From positions 928,001 to 992,000 of the forward strand of contig OY764159.1 in NCBI GenBank assembly GCA_963668175.1: a stretch of 64,000 nt of DNA. The letters are read 5' to 3'. A program made the position numbers and the translations under genes. Positions 9,697 to 20,203 of this stretch are shown in pieces; position 1 is the stretch's first letter; each line of letters starts with the position of its first letter. The notes beneath the pieces are model-generated. The model saw nothing but the letters and a program-made list of their open reading frames with translations, had not been told where the DNA came from and made no database searches. This DNA comes from Syntrophales bacterium. Lineage in GTDB: Bacteria > Desulfobacterota > Syntrophia > Syntrophales > PHBD01.

Positions 9697-10215
9697 TTAT
9701 AGCGGTACGATCTTCATGACGATGATTCCCGAAAGCACAACAGCCGCAAACCAGGCGGCAATGATATCTGATAAATTGACCGTGGGATTTTCCATCTGCG
9801 CCCGGACCTCATTATCCACTTTCTCCCGGTCCAGATGGAGATCAAGATGCCGGATCAGATCCGGATAATCCTGGTAGGCATTGGACAACACATGGAATCC
9901 CTTGGTCGTTGTCAGGAGAAAATATATTTTTCTCCGCATAGAGAGTGTGCCGATGTGCGTTATCTCATGCCACAGAAAGCTTTTCTCCCGCAGAAATTTC
10001 TTGATCCTGATCTCCTCTTCTCCGGCGGTTACGCGACGGGACATGGCCTCAAAAAAGATCAAGGCCGAAGGAATGAAAAATGCCGTGAGAACCAATCTCT
10101 CTGTCGGGACTCCTTTGTATAGCACAGACAGTAAAAGCAGGACCAGCAGGAGGATGACGGCCAATCCCAATGGGATCAAGAAGGCTTTTCTAATGCGGAA
10201 AATGTGCTGGGTCAT
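9697..10215 (-). CDS. Membrane protein, possibly with a bacterial PH-like domain
   Basis: Two N-terminal TM segments, IRIKKFLREKSFLWHEI beta-rich region, C-terminal TM. Confidence 0.6.
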   Translation of the reverse strand: MTQHIFRIRKAFLIPLGLAVILLLVLLLLSVLYKGVPTERLVLTAFFIPSALIFFEAMSRRVTAGEEEIRIKKFLREKSFLWHEITHIGTLSMRRKIYFLLTTTKGFHVLSNAYQDYPDLIRHLDLHLDREKVDNEVRAQMENPTVNLSDIIAAWFAAVVLSGIIVMKIVPL

Positions 10216-10259
10216 GGGTTTCTGTATATCCTTTCAAACAAGCAAGAACCGTAACGGCG

Positions 10260-10745
10260 TTATGTATCTTTTCTGATGAAAGGACCGCTCTTGCCGCCTA
10301 TTTTCGAGAGGAGCTTGATATCGCTCAGAATCATTCCCTTGTCGGCGGATTTGCACATGTCGTAGACAGTCAATGCCGCCGTGCTCACCGCGGTCAGGGC
10401 CTCCATTTCCACGCCTGTTCTTCCCAGGGACCGGACCGTTGCCTCGATTTGTACCACACCCTGATCGACATCGACCGACAAACGCAGATCGATATCGGTC
10501 AATTCCAGGGGATGGCAGAGAGGGATCAACTCCGGCGTTTTCTTGGCCGCCATAATGCCCGCAATACGGGCCGTGTGAAGAACATCCCCCTTTGGCAGTC
10601 CCTGCCGGGCTATCAAGGCTGCGGTCTCCCTGCTCATGAGTACCTTGCCGCTGGCCGTGGCCTCGCGGACAGTCGCTTCTTTCGACGTGACATCGACCAT
10701 TCTTGCGCGGCCTTGATCATCAAGGTGGGATAATTGAGATATCAT
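10260..10745 (-). CDS. moaC: Cyclic pyranopterin monophosphate synthase
   Basis: ARMVDV, KGDVL, LIPLCHP, GVEMEALT, YDMCK, GGKSG. Confidence 0.97.
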   Translation of the reverse strand: MISQLSHLDDQGRARMVDVTSKEATVREATASGKVLMSRETAALIARQGLPKGDVLHTARIAGIMAAKKTPELIPLCHPLELTDIDLRLSVDVDQGVVQIEATVRSLGRTGVEMEALTAVSTAALTVYDMCKSADKGMILSDIKLLSKIGGKSGPFIRKDT

Positions 10746-10803
10746 AAGAATTCTACAATGATTTTGTCAGAAATTGGTGAAGCTGCCGGATAAATAGGCG
10801 AAG

Positions 10804-10832
10804 AACTTAACATAGCTCATAACCGCCGTCAA
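10804..10832 (-). promoter_or_regulatory. Putative sigma70 promoter for moaC
   Basis: TTGACG-N17-TAAGTT with extended TGn on the minus strand. Confidence 0.5.
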
Positions 10833-11034
10833 GGACGTTCACGGGATTTTTTTATTGCGCGGGATCAACCTTTGCAAGGGACGGCCGAAGAAAATGATTT
10901 TCTAAAGAGGAATTGATTCTCTTCACGTTCCCGCCCCAATAAAAACAGTATGATTTGTCTAGAAAGATCCGACATTACTTTCTTAACTTTAGGTCATAGC
11001 TTTTTCTTATCATTTAGCTTCTATTCAATCCTTA

Positions 11035-11063
11035 TTGATTACAGCCGATGTCAACTATAGAAT
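11035..11063 (+). promoter_or_regulatory. Putative sigma70 promoter for the RND operon
   Basis: TTGATT-N17-TAGAAT. Confidence 0.5.
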
Positions 11064-11237
11064 AGAGCGGCGTAATAAGCATGTTATTCAGGTAGCTTAC
11101 GTCGCTTGTTCTCTCCTTTCGGGAGTTACTGACGACAACGCGCAGTAAGTTATGATGCGGTCCTGTTTATCCGCAGACTTCACAGGCGAGAACGGAGGAT
11201 CGAAAAGTAAGGCCTTGTTACAAAGAGAGGACGAGAA

Positions 11238-12452
11238 ATGAAACAGACGGAGGCCCAGTCATTTCTCCGTGGGTATATCATCCCCCTGGCTTGCGCCCTC
11301 TTCTTGGCGCCAATGCTCATCTTGGCCTGCCATGAAGAAAAACGGTCCATGCCTCAGCCAGAGGTTTATGTCTCCCAGATTATTGTGAGGGATGTTCCAA
11401 TTATCAACGAATGGGTCGGTTCTACTGATGGGCTGATCAACGCCACAATCCGTGCCCAGGTGACGGGATATCTGATTACCCAGGATTACAAGGAAGGTGA
11501 TTTTGTTAAGAAAGGGGACACCCTTTTCCGAATTGATCCTCGTCCTTTTCGCGACGCGTTGGATCAGGCCAGAGGAACGCTTGCCCAACTCATGGCCCAA
11601 CATGAGAACACCACGGCCAATCTGGCACGGGTCAAGACACTGGCGGCGGAAAATGCGCTCAGTAAAAAAGATCTTGATGATGCAACCGGTGCGGAACGCT
11701 CCGCAGGGGCTGCAGTCGTCGCTGCAAAAGCTGCAGTGGAAAAAGCCGGACTGGATCTGGAATTCACACGCATCGTTTCCCCGATCAACGGCATTGCCGG
11801 CATAGCCAGGGCTCAGGTAGGCGATTTGGTGGGGCCATCGCAGGGAACGGAATTGACGACCGTATCGACGATCGATCCGATCAAGGTCTACTATACCATC
11901 AATGAACAGGCCTACATCAGTTTCATGAAGCCTTTCCCTTCCCGGACCGAAGGCCTGGAGGCGGCTAAAAAACTGGATATAACGCTGATCTTAGCCGACG
12001 GTACCGTGTATCCGTATAAGGGAACTTTCTATGCCATCGACCGGCAGGTCGATGTCAGGACGGGGACTCTGCGGGTAGCGGCGACATTTACCAATGCTCG
12101 CTCCCTCCTCCGTCCCGGGCAGTTTGTCCGCGTCCGGGTTCAGCGGGGCATGCAGAAAGGCGCTCTTCTCGTTCCTCAGCGGGCTGTGACGGAGTTCCAA
12201 GGTGGTTACCAGGTGGCAGTCGTAGGTTCCGACAACCGGGTGTCGGTGAGACAGGTGACGCCAGGTGAACGTCTGGATAACCTCTGGATCATCGAGAAGG
12301 GGCTTAAGCCTGACGAGATGATCATCGTCGACGGCACAGGGAAAGTTAGAGACGGGATGCTTGTGATACCCAAACCATTTGCCCCGCCGACAACTGCTGA
12401 CACATCCATCGCTCCGAAGACGCAAGACCGGCTCCGCGCCGGCGTAAAGTGA
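11238..12452 (+). CDS. RND efflux periplasmic adaptor (MFP), lipoprotein-like
   Basis: ILAC lipobox-like; IRAQVTG, EGDFVKKGDTLFRIDP, SPING, LRPGQF; GAGGA RBS. Confidence 0.93.
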   Translation: MKQTEAQSFLRGYIIPLACALFLAPMLILACHEEKRSMPQPEVYVSQIIVRDVPIINEWVGSTDGLINATIRAQVTGYLITQDYKEGDFVKKGDTLFRIDPRPFRDALDQARGTLAQLMAQHENTTANLARVKTLAAENALSKKDLDDATGAERSAGAAVVAAKAAVEKAGLDLEFTRIVSPINGIAGIARAQVGDLVGPSQGTELTTVSTIDPIKVYYTINEQAYISFMKPFPSRTEGLEAAKKLDITLILADGTVYPYKGTFYAIDRQVDVRTGTLRVAATFTNARSLLRPGQFVRVRVQRGMQKGALLVPQRAVTEFQGGYQVAVVGSDNRVSVRQVTPGERLDNLWIIEKGLKPDEMIIVDGTGKVRDGMLVIPKPFAPPTTADTSIAPKTQDRLRAGVK

Positions 12453-12456
12453 AGCC

Positions 12457-15400
12457 ATGTACCGGTTCTTCATCAGACGCCCTATCGTAGCTATCGTCAT
12501 AGCGATCGTCACCGTGATCATCGGTCTCGTTTCCATGGTAGGATTGCCGGTGGCTCAATATCCCAACATCGTTCCTCCCGAGGTCCTTATCCAGGCCACA
12601 TACGTGGGCGCTGATGCACTGACTATCGAGGCTTCTGTGGCCACCCCCATCGAGCAGCAGATGAGCGGCGTGGATAACATGAACTATATGTTCTCCCTGA
12701 ATCCCAATAACGGGTTGATGCGGATGACCGTGAACTTCGACGTCAACACTGATCCGAACACGGATCAGGTGCTTACCCAGTTGCGCGAGTCCCAGGCGGA
12801 GAGGCAGCTTCCTAATGACGTACGGAATTACGGCGTGACCGTCCAGAAGGCATTGTCCGCCCCTCTCATGCTTATCTCTTTGAACTCGCCCGGAGGGACC
12901 TATGACGCCACTTTCCTGGCCAATTACGCCTACATCAATATCGTCGATCAACTAAGCCGCGTGAAAGGAATTGCGACCATTGCCGTTTTCGGTGCCGGCC
13001 AGTATGCTATGCGCTGCTGGGTACGGCCCGATGTGCTCGCCAAACTCAACATCACTATTCCCGAAATTGTTGACGCCATAGAGAAACAGAATACCGTGAA
13101 CCCGGCCGGGCAGGTTGGCGGCGAACCGCTCCCCCCGGGACAGGAATTCACCTATGCTATTCGAGCCCAAGGCAGGCTGGTAACAGAAGAACAATTCGGT
13201 CAGATCGTCATCAGGGCCAATCCAGGCGGTTCCTTGGTCAGGCTGAAAGATGTGGCTCGCCTGGAACTGGGTTCCCAAGACTACAATATCGCAGGGCGCT
13301 TCAATGGCAAGCCGTCGGCTATTCTCGCTCTGTATCAACTCCCCGGAACAAACGCCCTGGAAGCGGTCAACAGAGTCAATAAGGTCATGACGCGGCTCTA
13401 TTCCTCGTTTCCACCCGATCTTGATTACGGGATTGCTCTCGACACCACGCGATCCGTGACGGCCGGGCTCCGAGAGATCGTCCTGACCCTGGGCATCGCA
13501 ATGGTTCTCGTGATTCTGGTGGTATTCGTCTTCCTGCAGGGATGGCGGGCGACGCTCATACCCATCGTCGCGGTACCGGTATCGCTGATCGGCACATTCG
13601 CCTTTTTCCCCATCCTGGGTTTTTCGATTAATCCGATCGCTCTCATGGGTATGGTCGTCGCCATCGGCCTTGTCGTAGATGATGCTATAGTGGTCGTCGA
13701 AGCGGTCCAGCGCCATATTGAGGAGGGATTGGCGCCCAGAGAAGCCTCTATCAGGGCCATGAACGACGTTTCCGGGCCGGTTGTGGCGATCGGTCTGGTT
13801 CTGGCATCGGTGTTTCTTCCCACCGTATTCATCCCCGGGATCACCGGCCGTCTCTATACCCAGTTTGCCGTGACGATAGCCATTTCGGTCCTCCTTTCCG
13901 CATTCAACGCCTTGACGCTGAGTCCCGCCCTTTGTTCAATTCTCCTCAAGCCGAAAGAAGAAATACATCGCGGCCTGCTCGGCCGGTTTTACCTCAGCTT
14001 CAATCAGGCCTTCAATTGGACGAGAGAAGGGTATCTTGCCATTTCCCTTGCCGTGATTCGCAAGACAACGATCGGTTTCATGATTCTGGCAGTAATGACC
14101 GCCGGAGTTTATATACTTGGGAAACGGTTGCCCGCCGGTTTTCTGCCGGAAGAGGACCAGGGCTATGTCTACGCGGTCATCCAGCTTCCCAATGCCGCCT
14201 CGCTTCAGCGGACCTCGGAAGCGTGCCGGCAGGCCGAACGTCTCATAATGAATATCCCGGGAGTAGAACATTGTACCACTGTAGTCGGTTTCAACTTGAT
14301 GAGCTTTGTCCGCAACACATACAGTGGTTTCTTCTTTATACGGCTGAAAGAATGGGATGTCCGGAAAAGGCCGGAGGAGAAGGCTGCGGGTGTTATTGCG
14401 CGCCTCAATCGAGACCTGGGAAGGCTCCCAGAGGGTACGGCCTTTGCGTTTTCCCCACCGGCTATACAAGGGATCGGTACTGCTGGAGGGGTTACCTTTA
14501 TACTCGAGGACCGGACGGGCAATGATATTGCGTTCCTGGCCGAAAACACAGGGATTTTCCTCGCCGCGGCACGTAAACGCCCCGAACTGGCTCGGGTGAC
14601 GACGACCTTACTGACCGACGTGCCCCAATACTTTGTGGACGTAGATCGCGATAAGGTCTTGAGCCAGGGGGTAGATCTAGCACAGGTATACGGCACCCTC
14701 CAGGTGTTCATGGGTGGGCAGTTCGTTAACTTCTTCAACCGGTTCGGCAGGGAATGGCAGGTATATGTGGAAGCAGAGGGCGACTTCCGGACGGATACAA
14801 ACCACCTTGGTCAGTTTTATGTCCGGAATGCCAATGGTGATATGGTGCCGTTGGCAGCGGTAACGAGGGTCGAAAGACGGATTGGACCTGAGTTTACTAT
14901 GCGATACAACCTGTTCAGATCGGCCCAGATCAATGCCATAGCTGCACCAGGTTATAGCTCCATCCAGGCGATGGAGGCCATGGAAGAAGTATTTGCCCAG
15001 ACGATGCCGGCCGGAATGGGATTCGATTATCTTGGTATGTCTTTCCAAGAACAGAAAGCCCGGCAAGGAGTACCTCCTGCGGCTGTCTTTGGCTTATCGT
15101 TATTGTTTGTGTTTTTGATCCTGGCCGCATTGTATGAGAGCTGGTCGCTTCCGTTCAGCGTCCTTCTCAGCACGCCCATCGCAGTCTTCGGCTCATTCAT
15201 GGCCGTTTCGTTGCGAGGCATGCCGTTCAATATCTACACACAGATCGGTCTTATCGTCCTGATAGGCTTGGCCGCAAAGAATGCAATCCTGATCGTCGAA
15301 TTCGCCAAGAACGAATACGAAAGTGGGAAGCCTTTACAGGAGGCGGCGCTCGCCGGCGCCCGTCTGAGGCTTCGTCCCATCCTGATGACTTCATTCGCCT

Positions 15401-15642
15401 TCATTCTTGGCTGCCTGCCCCTGGCTACGGCGAGCGGGGCTGGCGCGATGGCCCGGGAAGTCATGGGGACCGGTGTTATCGGAGGAATGCTTGCAGCCAC
15501 TGGAATTGCCATTTTTTTCATTCCGATGATGTTTTTTGTGGTCAGCAGGTGGAATGAAAGCTGGCGCAATGTCGGAAACCGGAAAGATAACCCCTCGACG
15601 AACCCGCCTTCGGGCGGCTCGACTGAAAAAGGGGGGACATAA
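12457..15642 (+). CDS. RND efflux permease, HAE1/AcrB family
   Basis: FFIRRPI, AQYP.I.PP, IGLVVDDAIVVVE, KNAILIVEFA, RLRPILMTS. Confidence 0.96.
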   Translation: MYRFFIRRPIVAIVIAIVTVIIGLVSMVGLPVAQYPNIVPPEVLIQATYVGADALTIEASVATPIEQQMSGVDNMNYMFSLNPNNGLMRMTVNFDVNTDPNTDQVLTQLRESQAERQLPNDVRNYGVTVQKALSAPLMLISLNSPGGTYDATFLANYAYINIVDQLSRVKGIATIAVFGAGQYAMRCWVRPDVLAKLNITIPEIVDAIEKQNTVNPAGQVGGEPLPPGQEFTYAIRAQGRLVTEEQFGQIVIRANPGGSLVRLKDVARLELGSQDYNIAGRFNGKPSAILALYQLPGTNALEAVNRVNKVMTRLYSSFPPDLDYGIALDTTRSVTAGLREIVLTLGIAMVLVILVVFVFLQGWRATLIPIVAVPVSLIGTFAFFPILGFSINPIALMGMVVAIGLVVDDAIVVVEAVQRHIEEGLAPREASIRAMNDVSGPVVAIGLVLASVFLPTVFIPGITGRLYTQFAVTIAISVLLSAFNALTLSPALCSILLKPKEEIHRGLLGRFYLSFNQAFNWTREGYLAISLAVIRKTTIGFMILAVMTAGVYILGKRLPAGFLPEEDQGYVYAVIQLPNAASLQRTSEACRQAERLIMNIPGVEHCTTVVGFNLMSFVRNTYSGFFFIRLKEWDVRKRPEEKAAGVIARLNRDLGRLPEGTAFAFSPPAIQGIGTAGGVTFILEDRTGNDIAFLAENTGIFLAAARKRPELARVTTTLLTDVPQYFVDVDRDKVLSQGVDLAQVYGTLQVFMGGQFVNFFNRFGREWQVYVEAEGDFRTDTNHLGQFYVRNANGDMVPLAAVTRVERRIGPEFTMRYNLFRSAQINAIAAPGYSSIQAMEAMEEVFAQTMPAGMGFDYLGMSFQEQKARQGVPPAAVFGLSLLFVFLILAALYESWSLPFSVLLSTPIAVFGSFMAVSLRGMPFNIYTQIGLIVLIGLAAKNAILIVEFAKNEYESGKPLQEAALAGARLRLRPILMTSFAFILGCLPLATASGAGAMAREVMGTGVIGGMLAATGIAIFFIPMMFFVVSRWNESWRNVGNRKDNPSTNPPSGGSTEKGGT

Positions 15643-17057
15643 TGAGAAAAACCGTGACGCTGATCCTTCTTGTTCTCGTTTTGGGCGGATGCGTGGTCGG
15701 TCCCGATTACAAACGTCCGCCGGTGGAAACGCCCGAAAAATGGCGGTTCGCCGAGGCACAGACAAAGGACCTCGTCGATACAGCCTGGTGGGAACAGTTT
15801 CATGACCCAGTTCTCGATGGGCTGATCGCCACCGCTCTGTTGAAGAATAAGGACGTTAGGATCGCCACGGCCCGTTTGGAGGAGTATCGGGGAAGATATG
15901 GGCTTGTGAGGGCCGCATTCTTCCCTCAAGCTGGTGCCGCTGCCAGTGCGGGACGTCAACGTTCTACGGAGATAGGTGTGATTCCGCTGACCGCCGCTGT
16001 GGACAATCCGGTGGATCTATACCATACTTCGATGTTCGCCAGTTGGGAGATCGATGTGTGGGGAAAGCTGCGGCGCGGGTCGGAAGCGGCAAGGGCCGAT
16101 TTGTTGAGTAGCGAAGAAAGCAGGAGGGCCGTCATCCTCTCATTGGTCGCCTCTGTCGCCAGTGCCTATGTCAATCTACGCAGTCTTGACCGGCAATTGG
16201 AGATTGCGAATGAAACGGCTCGGGCACGCGCCGAATCCTTTCGGATATTCTCTCTTCGCTACCAAGAGGGCTTTGTCTCCGAACTTGAACTCAGCCAGGC
16301 CAAATCGCTTTATGAAAGCGCTCTGGCCACAGTACGCATCTATGCCAAGTCTATTGCCCTGCAGGAGAACGGGATGAGCATACTATTGGGCCTAAACCCG
16401 GGTGTCGTCGAACGAGGAAAGACGATAAGCCAACTGGGGCTGCCTGCAGTACCGGCTGGCCTCCCGTCGGACCTTCTGGTGAGGCGGCCTGACATCCGAC
16501 AGGCCGAGCAGGATCTTGTCTCGGCCAATGCCCAAATCGGCGTCGCCCGCGCCCGGTATTTCCCCTCTATTACGCTCACCGGGATATTCGGCTGGGAGAG
16601 CACAAGCCTCTCGCAGCTTTTCACGGGTCCAGCACGGAACTGGAGCTGGGCCGCCTCCGCGACGCAGCCGCTCTTTACCGGCGGTTCCATTACTGAACAA
16701 GTCAAGATATCAGAAGCCGTTCGCGATGAAGCCATCCTTCAATATCAGAAGGTGATCCAGAATGCATTCCGAGATGTCGAGGATTCTTTGGCGAATCAGC
16801 GGCAGATACGCGAGCAGCTTGCTGCCCAGGCGCGGCAAGTGGAATCATTGCGGACCTATGCCCGGGTTGCCCGACTCCGCTATGATAATGGCTATACGAG
16901 TTACATAGAAGTGCTGGATGCCGAGCGGAGCCTCTTCGATGCGGACCTCGCCTATTCGCAATCCCAGGGAGATCTATTCCAGGCCTATATCAACCTTTAC
17001 AAGGCAATGGCAGGTGGCTGGGTTATCACCGCGGAGAAGATGACAAACGCGCCGTAA
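15642..17057 (+). CDS. Outer-membrane efflux lipoprotein (NodT/OprM family)
   Basis: LGGC lipobox with VGPDYKRP, WWEQF.DP.L, PSDLL.RRPDI, LYKAMAGGW. Confidence 0.95.
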   Translation: MRKTVTLILLVLVLGGCVVGPDYKRPPVETPEKWRFAEAQTKDLVDTAWWEQFHDPVLDGLIATALLKNKDVRIATARLEEYRGRYGLVRAAFFPQAGAAASAGRQRSTEIGVIPLTAAVDNPVDLYHTSMFASWEIDVWGKLRRGSEAARADLLSSEESRRAVILSLVASVASAYVNLRSLDRQLEIANETARARAESFRIFSLRYQEGFVSELELSQAKSLYESALATVRIYAKSIALQENGMSILLGLNPGVVERGKTISQLGLPAVPAGLPSDLLVRRPDIRQAEQDLVSANAQIGVARARYFPSITLTGIFGWESTSLSQLFTGPARNWSWAASATQPLFTGGSITEQVKISEAVRDEAILQYQKVIQNAFRDVEDSLANQRQIREQLAAQARQVESLRTYARVARLRYDNGYTSYIEVLDAERSLFDADLAYSQSQGDLFQAYINLYKAMAGGWVITAEKMTNAP

Positions 17058-17313
17058 TGAGAAATATCCTTCTTAACGTCTATCGCCACTCATTCCCTTC
17101 CTGTTTGGCTCGGCAGGATGCTATCCTTGCAACGGCTGTCACTGTTGGCTGAACCCCTTCCTCGACACAATGACCCCGCAGGATTCACTTTGGCGCTGCA
17201 CAATCATTCGCGGTCGGCGAACCTGAAAAAAGACTTGCATATCGATGCCTTTTTCTGCCATATCTCTCTATCCCTTTGAAATCTACTGCGTTTGGGTACT
17301 GAAAGGAATCATT

Positions 17314-18840
17314 GTGATCGTCAAGGTCATCAGCAGCGCCGTCGTCGGCATCGATTCGCACCGAGTGGACGTTGAAGTCTATGTCTCCGCCGGATTGCCC
17401 GTATTTTCCATCGTCGGGCTTCCCGATGTCGCCGTGCGGGAAAGCAAGGATCGGACGAAGGCAGCGATCAAGAATGCTGGCTACCGGTTTCCCCGCCACC
17501 ATGTTACGGTCAATCTGGCTCCCGCCGATATAAAGAAGGAAGGGACGGGGTTCGACCTGCCCATCGCCGTGGGAATCCTCGCCGCCGAAGACATTCTGCC
17601 GGGCGACCGGCTCGCAGACTACAGTTTTACGGGCGAGCTTTCCCTGGACGGTGGCATCAAGGGCGTACAGGGCGTTTTGCCGGCGGCTTTGCGGGCCAGG
17701 GAGGATGGGCTCAAGGGGATCGTTGTTCCCAGTGAGAATGCCGAAGAGGCGGCCATGATCGAGGGTATCGACGTCATTCCGGTTTCTTCGCTTCCGGAAA
17801 TCGTCGAATTCTTCAGCGGCCGGCTGACGATAGACCCTTACGAACTGGACACGGCCGCGATGTTCAGGAACGGCGCCCGCTACGAGACCGATTACCGGGA
17901 CATCCGCGGGCAGGAACTCGCCAAGAGGGCGCTGGAGATCGCAGCCGCCGGTGGGCATAATGTACTGATGATCGGTCCGCCCGGTTCCGGAAAGACCATG
18001 CTCGCCCGCCGCCTGCCGACCATCCTGCCTCCCTTGTCTTTCGAGGAAGCGATCGAAACGACGAAGATATTTTCCGTGGCGGGATTGCTCGACAAGAAGC
18101 ATGCGATCCTTGCGGCGAGATCCTTCCGTTCCCCCCATCATACGATATCCGATGCCGGGCTTATTGGAGGCGGGCAGGTTCCTCGGCCTGGAGAAATCAG
18201 CCTCGCTCACCACGGCGTTCTCTTTCTCGACGAGCTTCCCGAATTCAAAAAGAACGTCCTGGAGGCCCTCCGCCAGCCCCTGGAAGAAGGTGCGATCACC
18301 ATCACCAGGTCGTCCCAGACGGCGACTTATCCGGCGCGGTTCATCCTGGTGGCCGCGATGAATCCCTGCCCATGCGGTTATTACGGCAGCAAAAACAGGG
18401 AATGCCGCTGCAACATGAAGCAGATTCGCCAGTACCAGGCCAAGGTATCGGGGCCGCTCATGGACCGTATCGACATCCATATAGAGGTGCCGTCGGTGGC
18501 CTACCGCGACCTGGCGGGAAAAGAAGGGGGGGACGCGTCCGGGGCTATAGCCGAACGGATTATGAAAGCCCGGACGGTGCAGGCGGGCAGGTTCAACGGC
18601 GGCATCGCGATCAACGCCCGGATGTCCGACCAGGACATCAAGACCTTTTGCGCCGTGGACGAAGAATCGACAGCCCTGATTGAGATGGCTCTGACCAAGT
18701 TCGGACTCACCGCCCGGGCCTACACGAAGATTCTTAAAGTGGCCCGTACCATCGCCGATCTGGAAGGACACGATACGATTCGTGCCAGCCATGTCGCCGA
18801 GGCGCTGCAATACAGAACGCTTGATCGGAGCGTTATTTAG
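17314..18840 (+). CDS. comM: YifB/ComM Mg-chelatase-like AAA+ ATPase
   Basis: VGLPD.AVRE, NLAPAD.KKEG, GPPGSGKTM, GVLFLDELPEF, MNPCPCG; GTG start at 17314 after AAGGA. Confidence 0.93.
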   Translation: MIVKVISSAVVGIDSHRVDVEVYVSAGLPVFSIVGLPDVAVRESKDRTKAAIKNAGYRFPRHHVTVNLAPADIKKEGTGFDLPIAVGILAAEDILPGDRLADYSFTGELSLDGGIKGVQGVLPAALRAREDGLKGIVVPSENAEEAAMIEGIDVIPVSSLPEIVEFFSGRLTIDPYELDTAAMFRNGARYETDYRDIRGQELAKRALEIAAAGGHNVLMIGPPGSGKTMLARRLPTILPPLSFEEAIETTKIFSVAGLLDKKHAILAARSFRSPHHTISDAGLIGGGQVPRPGEISLAHHGVLFLDELPEFKKNVLEALRQPLEEGAITITRSSQTATYPARFILVAAMNPCPCGYYGSKNRECRCNMKQIRQYQAKVSGPLMDRIDIHIEVPSVAYRDLAGKEGGDASGAIAERIMKARTVQAGRFNGGIAINARMSDQDIKTFCAVDEESTALIEMALTKFGLTARAYTKILKVARTIADLEGHDTIRASHVAEALQYRTLDRSVI

Positions 18841-18884
18841 TGATAAGGACCATTCTGTTTCAACCTTAAGGAGGGGGAAAACGT

Positions 18885-19958
18885 ATGGATATCAAAATCG
18901 TGAAGGTGCCGGCAAAAAAGAGGAAGCCTAAACCGGCCGATGAATCCAAGTTGGGCTTCGGGCAGATCTTTACCGACCATATGTTCACCATGCAGTACTT
19001 CGAGGGAAAAGGGTGGTACGATCCGAAGATAGAACCCTATAAGGCCATAGCCCTCGATCCTGCGGCCATGTGCCTCCATTACGGGCAGCTGATTTTTGAA
19101 GGAATGAAGGCCTATTGGGGGAAGGATGGCAGCATTTTCCTGTTCCGCCCCATGGAAAACATCAGGCGCATGAATGCCTCGGCCAAGCGGCTCTGCATGC
19201 CCGAGCTGGACGAGAGCGGGTTTATGGATGCGCTGAAAAAACTGGTCCTGCTGGAAAAGGACTGGATACCCCGCGGCAGCGGGACATCCCTGTATATCCG
19301 TCCCACCATGATCGCCACGGAAACGGCGATCGGCGTTCATCCGTCCAATGCCTATCTTTTCTATATCATCGTAGGACCGGTGGGAGCCTATTATCCGGAA
19401 GGTTTCAGCCCGACCAAAATTTACGTGATCGAAGATTATGTCCGTGCGGCCCCCGGAGGTATCGGGTTCTGCAAGGCGGCGGCCAACTATGCCGCCAGTC
19501 TCCTGGCCAGCCAATATGCCATCAAGCAGGGCTATACGCAGGTCTTATGGCTTGACGCTGTCGAAAGGAAATATGTCGAAGAGGTGGGGACCAGCAACAT
19601 CTTCTTCGTCATCAAGGACGAGTTGATTACACCCCCGTTGTCGGGAAGTATCCTCCCCGGCGTCACGAGGGATTCCGTCATCAGGCTGGCGAAAAGCTGG
19701 GGCGTCAAGGTTTCGGAAAGGGCGCTGTCCATGGACGAGATCGTATCGGCGGCTGAGAACGGAACCATGCAGGAGGCCTTCGCCTCGGGTACCGCCGCGA
19801 TCGTGTCTCCTATCGGCAAGATTGCCTTTCGCGGCAAAGAGTATGTCTTTCAGGATGGCGGCGTAGGCAGACTGACCAGGCAACTGTATGACGAAATCCT
19901 GCAGATTCAATATGGAGAGAAGGACGATCCCTTCGGATGGCGCGTAAAAATATCATGA
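18885..19958 (+). CDS. ilvE: Branched-chain amino acid aminotransferase
   Basis: FTDHMF, LHYGQ.IFEG.KAY, LYIRP, K.AANYA, ILPGVTRDS, GTAA. Confidence 0.95.
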   Translation: MDIKIVKVPAKKRKPKPADESKLGFGQIFTDHMFTMQYFEGKGWYDPKIEPYKAIALDPAAMCLHYGQLIFEGMKAYWGKDGSIFLFRPMENIRRMNASAKRLCMPELDESGFMDALKKLVLLEKDWIPRGSGTSLYIRPTMIATETAIGVHPSNAYLFYIIVGPVGAYYPEGFSPTKIYVIEDYVRAAPGGIGFCKAAANYAASLLASQYAIKQGYTQVLWLDAVERKYVEEVGTSNIFFVIKDELITPPLSGSILPGVTRDSVIRLAKSWGVKVSERALSMDEIVSAAENGTMQEAFASGTAAIVSPIGKIAFRGKEYVFQDGGVGRLTRQLYDEILQIQYGEKDDPFGWRVKIS

Positions 19959-20008
19959 GGTCCTTCTATTCGGTGTGATATTCGCCTCATGACGACCACT
20001 TATAAGAG

Positions 20009-20054
20009 CCATCCACAAGGATGTGGATAGGCCTGTTGGTAAAGCTGTTGATGG
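20009..20054. promoter_or_regulatory. Cluster of DnaA-box-like 9-mers
   Basis: ccATCCACA-N4-TGTGGATAg-N3-TGTtGgTAA-N3-TGTtGATgg in the ilvE-lolA gap. Confidence 0.5.
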
Positions 20055-20203
20055 GTTGCATAAGGTTCGAATTGCTGCAATTTTATACCTCATTGCCCAA
20101 GGTATAGGCAGGAGTTAAAGTGAGCGATATCGAATAGATAGATTAAATATCCGGATATCGGTTACTTTCATATCCGCCATAAATAAGGATTGGCTTTTTT
20201 ACA

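Noticed and set aside
11094..11215. Moco riboswitch on the minus strand controlling moaC
   Set aside because: Only a superficial CTCCCGAAAGGAG resemblance, and a closer moaC promoter (10804-10832) would exclude it from the transcript.
10746..17313. RND operon as a mobile island
   Set aside because: Codon usage looks slightly less GC-biased by eye, but there are no mobility genes or flanking repeats; not quantified.
17185..18810. Long antisense ORFs (also 21533-23344, 45736-47535, 48156-49475, 54648-56732 and many shorter ones)
   Set aside because: Shadow frames opposite well-supported genes in GC-rich DNA; no recognisable motifs.
17314..18840. comM as a disrupted integration hotspot
   Set aside because: The ORF is intact and full length.
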